64,000 bases of DNA from Euryarchaeota archaeon UBA605 (lineage in GTDB: Archaea; Thermoplasmatota; Poseidoniia; Poseidoniales; Thalassarchaeaceae), in contig DATY01000019.1 in assembly GCA_002504905.1 (NCBI GenBank), positions 30,326 to 94,325 of the forward strand, in the 5' to 3' direction. The translations under genes were made by a program, and so were the position numbers. Shown in pieces: positions 57,819 to 64,000 of the stretch. The notes beneath the pieces are model-generated. The model worked only from the letters and a program-made list of their open reading frames with translations, did not search any database and was not told where the DNA came from. Each line of letters begins with the position of its first letter. Position 1 is the stretch's first letter.

Positions 57819-60424
57819 AATTCAGACCTCCTTTTTTTGAGTTGGAAACTAATTACTAGACTAGAAATTGCTAATATCAAGAATATTAAAGTCAAAGGAA
57901 TTGACAAAATCGTGATCGAGCCTGTGGGTGAATCATCAACATAATTAGCAACAGATGTTGCATCCACTGAAATAATATTTGTCTCATTTTCAAGCCATAA
58001 TATTTCATTATCTCCGACCACAATAGTGACAGCATAATATAATTCAGATGCAATTGGTGCAATTTCATTCCAAGTATTTTCATTAGTCATACCTACTAAT
58101 TGCATTTCATCTAATGTATCAGTTGAATATGAAGAACGATAGATACGATATTCATTAGAACTTCCAGACCAAGTTAATTCAATCTCTGTTCCACTAATCT
58201 CCGAATTAAGATTACTAATCATAGATACTGGACCTAGAGAAAATAAATCTTCAACTGTAATAGATGACCCAAAGTTATCAGTAACTGTCAACTTAACTGA
58301 ATGTGTTCCCTCACCCAATAGTATCTCAGCAGTTGAACCAGAAAATGATTGACCGTTGATTTGCCAAAACCAATTTTCAACTATTCCATCTGGATCTAAT
58401 GAAGATGAACCATCAAACATAATCATAGAACCAGAAATTGAAATCTCAGGAATCGTGGACCAGGAAGGAATTGGTGGTAAATTAGAAACATCTACAAGTG
58501 CAGATGATTGAGAAGTTAGGCCCCAAGGGTCTCTGGCAATAATTGTGACTTCCCAAATTTGTCCTGGTTCTAATCTTTCAGAGGGAACTAATGATTCTCC
58601 ATCTAATTCGGGAACTTGATATCCATTCCGATACCAAATTACATCGAAAAATAGAGGTTCGTCATCAGGGTCTACTGAAGAGGCTAGAACTACAAGATCT
58701 TCCAATGAATTTACAATTCCGAGATCTGGGAATGAATCTGGAGAGCCTAAGTATCCTGATGTACCAGAACCAAGAGAAATAGTCGGAATTTCTGGAGCCC
58801 CATTATTTATCACTCTAGAAGGAGTTGTCATTGAATTACCTAAATCTTCTCCATCACGAGGTATTACTTGTACTGACCAATGTTGATCACGAAAAACGGA
58901 TTCAGAAGGGATAGTTAGTAATCCATCAAACTGTGGTTCTCTTTCTCCATTTATTATCCAATAAATTTCACTGCCCGACTCTAAGTCGCCATCTAAATCC
59001 GATTGCTCCCAAATTACAGATAGATCTTGATTAGCAGTAAGGTTACCCTCAGGGAGCATGGAAATTGAAGTGACTTCAGGAGGACTATTCAGTATGGTGA
59101 TACTATCTGCATCAACCCACTCAGACCATACAAGAGAATCTGAAACTCTCACACTGGCATACCAAACCTGATTTTTTGTAGTTGCATCAGAAGTAACCCA
59201 TGTTAAGTCATTAAAAGCTGAAACTTGAGAACCATCTCTAAACCATCTAATCTCAGTTCCTGCAAGGTTGTCACCATCTGGATCAAACCATCCTACTATG
59301 ACTTGTAATGCATCATCTGTATATGCATTAGAACCTTGAGAGATATAGGCATTAGCAGTTGGGGGATTATTTGATGATCCTATTACAATCAAACCAGTAG
59401 ATTTAGTCACACCGTAAGACGTACCGTCAAATGGGGTAATTCTAGCCTCCCATTCATCACCGGAACGAATCATTAAAGAAGAAACGGTCAAAGAATCATC
59501 AAGATCACTAACTCTGACTCCATCGAGATACCATCTGATTTCAGATCCTTGTTCATTATCGCCATCCAAATCAAAATAGTCATAATCTAGATTGATATCA
59601 TCAATATCAGTAGGAGATTCTGGAGAAATTTCAAGATTACGAGCTATTGGGACGGTATTTTGTATAATTATTGGATTCAAAGAAACAGTATCACCTTGAT
59701 CTTCGCTATCTGAAGGAGTTACTTCAACACGCCATTCCTGGCCCTTAGAAATCCAAATATCAGGTACAGATTTCATGTCATTAATCTGGGCTATCTGAAG
59801 CCCATCTCTGAACCATCGAATAGTAGTACCTTGTTCAGAATCACCATCTTCATCATTGTAATCATATTCTACACCAAGACCTGTTTCCTTAGTAGGAACA
59901 GAAGGGATATATCGAACATTGGTAGCATTTGGAGGATTATTCGTACTTGCAGTTGATTCAGGTAAATTCCAAGATCCTGTATCCCAGGAATCTCCCTGAT
60001 TATTTCCATTTCCATTAGCATATAGAACTGCTAAATTGAATATTGTAGTTCCTGAACCTGCCGAAGGTGCAGTCCAATCTGCTGACCAAGTTCTAGATGA
60101 GGTGCCATCATGAGTTAATTCTCCGCTAACGAGTTTTACATTATTTCCCAAATTACTCCATGAGCCAAAATTTGCATCTAAATTGAAACCTCCCGAACCT
60201 GGAATATGAGGTCCTCCATCCCATGTTAAACTGTAAGTAGTACTTGCAACATACCCTGAAGATGGTAAGCCAGACAATGAAACACTCATGGTTGTACTTG
60301 AACCATGACAGTTACATCCTGTGGATGAACTTCCTGTCCGACCAGAAGAATTAGACTGTACAGTTTGAGCCGTAGAAATCAAAAACAACACAACCAAAAA
60401 GACTGCTATGCGCCTAGACATCAT
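57815..60424 (-). CDS. Secreted, C-terminally anchored 869-aa protein: N-terminal C-x-C-H-G module, five ~95-aa repeats, PKD-like and FN3-like modules
   Basis: Signal peptide. TGCNCHG carries the only two Cys (first Cys is residue 37). Repeats contain D-x-DGD and W-(F/Y)-x-(D/N)-G. PKD-like FDGSSSLDPDGIVENWFWQING. TM LTLIFLILAISSLVI, then KKRR. Confidence 0.7.
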   Translation of the reverse strand: MMSRRIAVFLVVLFLISTAQTVQSNSSGRTGSSSTGCNCHGSSTTMSVSLSGLPSSGYVASTTYSLTWDGGPHIPGSGGFNLDANFGSWSNLGNNVKLVSGELTHDGTSSRTWSADWTAPSAGSGTTIFNLAVLYANGNGNNQGDSWDTGSWNLPESTASTNNPPNATNVRYIPSVPTKETGLGVEYDYNDEDGDSEQGTTIRWFRDGLQIAQINDMKSVPDIWISKGQEWRVEVTPSDSEDQGDTVSLNPIIIQNTVPIARNLEISPESPTDIDDINLDYDYFDLDGDNEQGSEIRWYLDGVRVSDLDDSLTVSSLMIRSGDEWEARITPFDGTSYGVTKSTGLIVIGSSNNPPTANAYISQGSNAYTDDALQVIVGWFDPDGDNLAGTEIRWFRDGSQVSAFNDLTWVTSDATTKNQVWYASVRVSDSLVWSEWVDADSITILNSPPEVTSISMLPEGNLTANQDLSVIWEQSDLDGDLESGSEIYWIINGEREPQFDGLLTIPSESVFRDQHWSVQVIPRDGEDLGNSMTTPSRVINNGAPEIPTISLGSGTSGYLGSPDSFPDLGIVNSLEDLVVLASSVDPDDEPLFFDVIWYRNGYQVPELDGESLVPSERLEPGQIWEVTIIARDPWGLTSQSSALVDVSNLPPIPSWSTIPEISISGSMIMFDGSSSLDPDGIVENWFWQINGQSFSGSTAEILLGEGTHSVKLTVTDNFGSSITVEDLFSLGPVSMISNLNSEISGTEIELTWSGSSNEYRIYRSSYSTDTLDEMQLVGMTNENTWNEIAPIASELYYAVTIVVGDNEILWLENETNIISVDATSVANYVDDSPTGSITILSIPLTLIFLILAISSLVISFQLKKRRSEL
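58480..59930 (-). repeat. Five tandem ~95-aa protein repeats within the 869-aa protein
   Basis: Each unit has: acidic D-x-(D/N)-(E/L/P)-DGD cluster, E/T-I-(R/Y)-W-(F/Y/I)-x-(D/N)-G, (W/H)-W-x-(V/A)-x-(V/I)-x-P-x-D, and ends in N-x-x-P(P). Confidence 0.6.
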
Positions 60425-60517
60425 TATGTCTCAGAGAAAGAGATATTGAAGAAGTTACTCCAAGGACAGAGTCTATTACGCCGTTGCATTCATGGATGAG
60501 TTGTATCTCGCAAGGCC

Positions 60518-62584
60518 ATGAACACTGTAAATTCAGTTGCAATTATCGGCGCCGGAAACATGGGCTCAGGAATTGCTCAAAAGTCTGCACAAGAACAATT
60601 TGATGTTCAAATGGTTGATCGTGAAAAACAGTGGGTAGATAGGGGAGAAAAAATAATCAGTGATTTTCTTGAAGAAGCAATCCAAAGAAGGATATTCAAA
60701 CCTGAAAAAGTTGAAGAGATTAAAAATCGTATTACAGGTGTTGTAGGAACTGAAAATGTGGCACCAGATACTGATCTTGTAATTGAAGCAGTTTTCGAAG
60801 ATTTTGAAATCAAAAAAAATGTGTTTAACATTCTAGATCAAGTTTGTGACGAGAAAACAATTCTAGCATCTAACACCTCATCATTATCCGTAAATGAGTT
60901 AGCAAAAGCGACTGGAAGACCTGAAAAATTTGTAGGTTTGCACTTTTTTTATCATCCAGCTAAGAATAGATTAATTGAGATTATTCCTGCAGAAACCACT
61001 TCGCAAGAATCATTGGCGGCTGTTGAACAATACTGCAAAACAATGGGTAAAGTTGTGATAATTTGCAAAGATAGACCAGGGTTTGTAGTAAACAGATTCT
61101 TTGTTCCGTGGCTGAATGAAGCCTGTCATCTTGTTGATGAGGGCGTGGCATCAATTGCTCAAATTGATGCAGTTGCTGAAAAAGCATTCAATATCGGGAT
61201 GGGCCCCTTCGCATTGATGAATTTAACTGGTCCTTCAATAGCGTTACATGCTACAAATTATCTTGCTGAACAATTGAATTGTACTCGTTATTATGGAGCC
61301 GAGTGTCTAAAAAATACCATAGCTAATTCAGGAATGTGGGATATTGATCAGAATATAGAGTGTGATGATGAAACATCAAAAATAATCAGAGAAAGACTGT
61401 TAGGGCAAGTTTTTGCTGTTTCTGCTCAAATTGTAGAAGAAGAAATATGTTCAATTGAAGATGTTGATAGAGGAGCAAAAGTAGGATTAAGATGGGCAGA
61501 AGGTCCATTCGAGATTGCAAATAGAATTGGAATAGAAGAAGCAAAAAATATGGCTACAGAGTATGCAAAATTAGCAAAATTTGATCTACCATTATGGATA
61601 AATGAGAAAGAAGGGATGTTTAATTTTAATTACATTGATACCAGATTGGAAGGAGAAATTGCAACCATTGTAATTAACAGGCCTGAGGCAATGAATGCTC
61701 TAAATGAGAAAGTTGTAGAGCAATTAGGAGAAGTTCTAGATGAGTTAAATTCGAATGGAGAAATTTCAACAATAGTGATTGAAGGAGCAGGTAAGGCATT
61801 CATTGCTGGAGCAGATGTCAAATATTTCGTAGATAAGATTCGTGAAGATTCAATAAAAGATATTTACGATTTCACATCTTATGGTCATGAAGTCTTGAAT
61901 AAACTTGAGAATTCTAGTAAGACAACTATCGCACTTACAACAGGTCTAGCCTTAGGAGGAGGATTGGAGCTAGCATTATCTTGCGATTATAGAATAGGAA
62001 CTAGGAGATCACAATTTCGTTTTCCAGAAACCAGTATTGGTATCTTCCCAGGATTAGGAGGAACACAAAGAACTCCACGAATTTGTGGAATAGAAGCATC
62101 TAGATATGCGGTATTAGCAGGAAATTTCCTTGACTCAAATGTTGCCTCCGCATTAGGCATTATCACTCATCTGACTGATCCTGCAAAAATTAATCAGATA
62201 GTAATTAGTTTATCAAAAGAAGGAAAACCTGAAAATAAATATCCTAGTAAACCAAAGAATGAAGATCATCCAGTTTCGATATTTGCGAAAGAATTTTATT
62301 CAAATGAAAATATGGATGAAATAATGTCTGGAAATATTCCTGAAAATTTCAATGGAGATCAAAAACTTGCTTCAAGACAGATAAAATCTCTAGGCTACAC
62401 GGCACCCATAGCTTTGAGAATCGCAGACGATCTTCTCAACCAAGCTGTCGAAACAGGAGAAGATTTGGATGCTGGCTTAGAAAAAGAATTATCTAATCTA
62501 GATGCAATCTTCCAATCTAAAGATGCATTGGAAGGATTGTCAGCATTAATCGAGGGAAGAAGACCTACTTATACAAATTCTTAA
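60518..62584 (+). CDS. Fused 3-hydroxyacyl-CoA dehydrogenase (N-terminal) / enoyl-CoA hydratase (C-terminal)
   Basis: IGAGNMGSGIA Rossmann motif, NTSSLS, then crotonase block INRPEAMNAL...GKAFIAGADV...GGGLELALSCDYR. Confidence 0.9.
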   Translation: MNTVNSVAIIGAGNMGSGIAQKSAQEQFDVQMVDREKQWVDRGEKIISDFLEEAIQRRIFKPEKVEEIKNRITGVVGTENVAPDTDLVIEAVFEDFEIKKNVFNILDQVCDEKTILASNTSSLSVNELAKATGRPEKFVGLHFFYHPAKNRLIEIIPAETTSQESLAAVEQYCKTMGKVVIICKDRPGFVVNRFFVPWLNEACHLVDEGVASIAQIDAVAEKAFNIGMGPFALMNLTGPSIALHATNYLAEQLNCTRYYGAECLKNTIANSGMWDIDQNIECDDETSKIIRERLLGQVFAVSAQIVEEEICSIEDVDRGAKVGLRWAEGPFEIANRIGIEEAKNMATEYAKLAKFDLPLWINEKEGMFNFNYIDTRLEGEIATIVINRPEAMNALNEKVVEQLGEVLDELNSNGEISTIVIEGAGKAFIAGADVKYFVDKIREDSIKDIYDFTSYGHEVLNKLENSSKTTIALTTGLALGGGLELALSCDYRIGTRRSQFRFPETSIGIFPGLGGTQRTPRICGIEASRYAVLAGNFLDSNVASALGIITHLTDPAKINQIVISLSKEGKPENKYPSKPKNEDHPVSIFAKEFYSNENMDEIMSGNIPENFNGDQKLASRQIKSLGYTAPIALRIADDLLNQAVETGEDLDAGLEKELSNLDAIFQSKDALEGLSALIEGRRPTYTNS

Positions 62585-62595
62585 TCCCTAAAATA

Positions 62596-62703
62596 TTATT
62601 TTTTTTGAAGCCTGAGTTTTCTCCTGGGAGATTGAGACCAAGCAGGACTGCGATATTCGGCCATTCCTGTAATTGCAAGTTCTAAAAATTGCTTAAAATT
62701 CAT
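62596..62703 (-). CDS. Candidate 35-aa micro-protein (basic C-terminus), second gene of a two-micro-ORF unit
   Basis: Own translation: MNFKQFLELAITGMAEYRSPAWSQSPRRKLRLQKK. AAGGAGG lies 7 nt upstream of the ATG. The ATG overlaps the upstream stop as ATGA. Confidence 0.4.
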   Translation of the reverse strand: MNFKQFLELAITGMAEYRSPAWSQSPRRKLRLQKK

Positions 62704-62777
62704 AATTTTTCCTCCTTATCACTAATTTCTAATTCATTCATTGTTTCATCTAACCATAATTCTAACCATTTATCCAT
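62700..62777 (-). CDS. Candidate 25-aa acidic micro-protein, first gene of a two-micro-ORF unit
   Basis: Own translation: MDKWLELWLDETMNELEISDKEEKL. GGAGG lies 8 nt upstream of the ATG, directly preceded by the left arm of the 13-bp inverted repeat. Confidence 0.4.
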   Translation of the reverse strand: MDKWLELWLDETMNELEISDKEEKL

Positions 62778-62790
62778 TTTAGTTTCCTCC

Positions 62791-62872
62791 TGCACCTTAG
62801 TGTAGTTTTCACACTGAGCGAATAACCATTAATATATCAATTAGAAAGTATTTGAGCACACACTAAGGTGCA
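62791..62872. promoter_or_regulatory. Divergent control region: perfect 13-bp inverted repeat flanking a central TATA-like element
   Basis: TGCACCTTAGTGT (62791-62803) is the exact reverse complement of ACACTAAGGTGCA (62860-62872), with a 56-nt spacer. The spacer holds CCATTAATATATCAA (62826-62840) near its centre and a partial third copy, CACACTGAG (62810-62818). Confidence 0.5.
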
Positions 62873-62910
62873 TTTTATACACTAGATGCTGTTCCCAACA
62901 TTTGTTAATT

Positions 62911-63369
62911 ATGAGTCAAACAAGGATGAAAGTTTCAAATAAAGATTGGAAAAAGATTAATTCTGCTCTAGATCAGGTACAAGATAATGGAAGAGATATT
63001 AGGCAAATTTTCCAGTCTTACTATGAAGAAGGCGAGGAAAATATGGAATGGGAAGTAGATGCTGCAGTTATCTCTTTCAGCATGTTCAGTTCTAGATGGA
63101 CTACTGAGATTCTATCTGCTTTGTACATAGCTGGGGATAAAAGGTTCAATGAATTAAGGGCTTTATTAAGAGGAATTTCAAGTAGAACCTTGTCAGATAA
63201 ATTAAGATCTTGCCAAGAAAATGGCTTAGTTGAAAGAGTTGTAGAAGACGGCCCCCCCATTCGTGTAATTTACAGATTGACCACTCATGGTAGGAATTGT
63301 GGAAGGCTACTGGGCCCATTGGTAGCATACATGAAAATACACAATGACATGGTTGTTTCAGAAGATTGA
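62911..63369 (+). CDS. HxlR-family wHTH transcriptional regulator with ~50-aa N-terminal extension
   Basis: SSRWTTEILSALYIAGDKRFNELRALLRGISSRTLSDKLRSCQENGLVERV...YRLTTHG is the canonical HxlR core. ATG 62911 is preferred over the TTG at 62902. Confidence 0.8.
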   Translation: MSQTRMKVSNKDWKKINSALDQVQDNGRDIRQIFQSYYEEGEENMEWEVDAAVISFSMFSSRWTTEILSALYIAGDKRFNELRALLRGISSRTLSDKLRSCQENGLVERVVEDGPPIRVIYRLTTHGRNCGRLLGPLVAYMKIHNDMVVSED

Positions 63370-63438
63370 GTTGACAAATGAAGCGTTACCGACTCAAATG
63401 ACCGATTCTTTCAAAGACTAGTTCATGAGAATAATGTT

Positions 63439-64000
63439 ATGGCTTTACTCCAACAGTGGCGCAGTAGGCGTTCTTGGGCCATCGATGGCATTTTTGCTCT
63501 TGGTGGAGCTACACTAGGGATTACAGGTCTAATTCCAGCATTTATTCCTCCAATTTCTGAAGGTACGATTTCTTTACCTGGTGAACACCCATGGGAACAC
63601 CCTGTACGTGCAAGAATTCTGACTACTTTAGAAAAATCACCAGGTTTACATTTTCGTGAATTACAAAGAAGAATGAATGCTGCTAATGGAACTCTTAGAC
63701 ATCACTTGGATGTTCTAGTTAATGAAAAAACTGTGACTATAATTCCAGTTAATGGAAGAACCTGTTATTATGCCGGTGCACCTGCACAAATAGAGATTCT
63801 ATTAGGAACAGGAGTAAGGGATGAACAAAAAGCAGCAGCAATGTTACCAGTAGGTCTATCCAGTCTGCAAAAATCTATTGTTGTTAGACTTGCAGTTTCT
63901 TGTGTTCCTGAAAGTCAAGCGCAACTAGCCAGAGATTTGGGGAGATCGCGGTCTGCTGTTCATTCTGCAATTTGTGTTCTGAGGAATAGAGGTATTTTAT
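63439..64000 (+). CDS. Double-wHTH (ArsR/MarR-like) protein with N-terminal hydrophobic segment; 3' end outside the window (absent from the ORF track)
   Basis: Own translation is open to the window end: MALLQQWRSRRSWAIDGIFALGGATLGITGLIPAFI..., HPVRARILTTLEKSPGLHFRELQRRMNAANGTLRHHLDVLVNEK..., and LQKSIVVRLAVSCVPESQAQLARDLGRSRSAVHSAICVLRNRGIL. An in-frame stop lies at 63379-63381. Confidence 0.6.
   Translation, partial: MALLQQWRSRRSWAIDGIFALGGATLGITGLIPAFIPPISEGTISLPGEHPWEHPVRARILTTLEKSPGLHFRELQRRMNAANGTLRHHLDVLVNEKTVTIIPVNGRTCYYAGAPAQIEILLGTGVRDEQKAAAMLPVGLSSLQKSIVVRLAVSCVPESQAQLARDLGRSRSAVHSAICVLRNRGIL

Noticed and set aside
56694-60424. Calling the two C-Xn-C-H proteins canonical c-type cytochromes.
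   Set aside because: The Cys spacings are 1 and 3 residues, not the CXXCH of standard heme c attachment, and no maturation genes are visible in the window. I kept this as a hypothesis in the findings rather than as an annotation.
1-64000. Search for CRISPR arrays, rRNA genes, IS elements/transposases, prophage genes and long exact DNA repeats.
   Set aside because: None was recognised on either strand. The repeats present are diverged protein-level domain repeats inside surface-protein genes.

Overview
AT-rich, very gene-dense archaeal chromosomal segment with about 50 protein genes and one tRNA. Convergent genes abut or overlap, and the largest non-coding gap is about 0.5 kb. Archaeal identity is read directly from RadA, RpoK, Hel308, Cgi121, Taw1/Taw2 and an initiator-type tRNA-Met (A1:U72, GGG/CCC anticodon stem). 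These sit beside bacterial-looking housekeeping genes: UvrC, Orn, MsrA, GuaB, PyrC, CtaA/CtaB, and a thiolase plus fused 3-hydroxyacyl-CoA dehydrogenase/enoyl-CoA hydratase. There are many peptidases (kexin-like S8, M3B PepF, S15, M29-like, AstE/AspA-like), four glycosyltransferases, and five very large acidic membrane-anchored surface proteins. By inference only, this fits a marine heterotrophic planktonic euryarchaeon (Thermoplasmatota / Marine Group II-like). I saw no CRISPR array, rRNA, transposase or integrase. Best candidates for something undescribed: (1) a translationally coupled three-gene operon (56122-60424). Two secreted, anchored proteins each carry their only two cysteines in an N-terminal C-Xn-C-H-G motif at the same residue position, and the third gene encodes a small polytopic membrane protein with a His-His pair. 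(2) A type-VII (FtsX/MacB-like) ABC system with one double-FtsX permease and two different ATPases, one with an AbrB-like plus zinc-ribbon tail. (3) A wHTH/NB-ARC-like STAND NTPase abutting a coupled pair of stand-alone RAM-domain proteins. (4) Two unannotated SD-preceded micro-ORFs divergent from an HxlR regulator, with a perfect 13-bp inverted repeat flanking a central TATA-like element. All functional calls come from motif reading by eye; no database search was possible.
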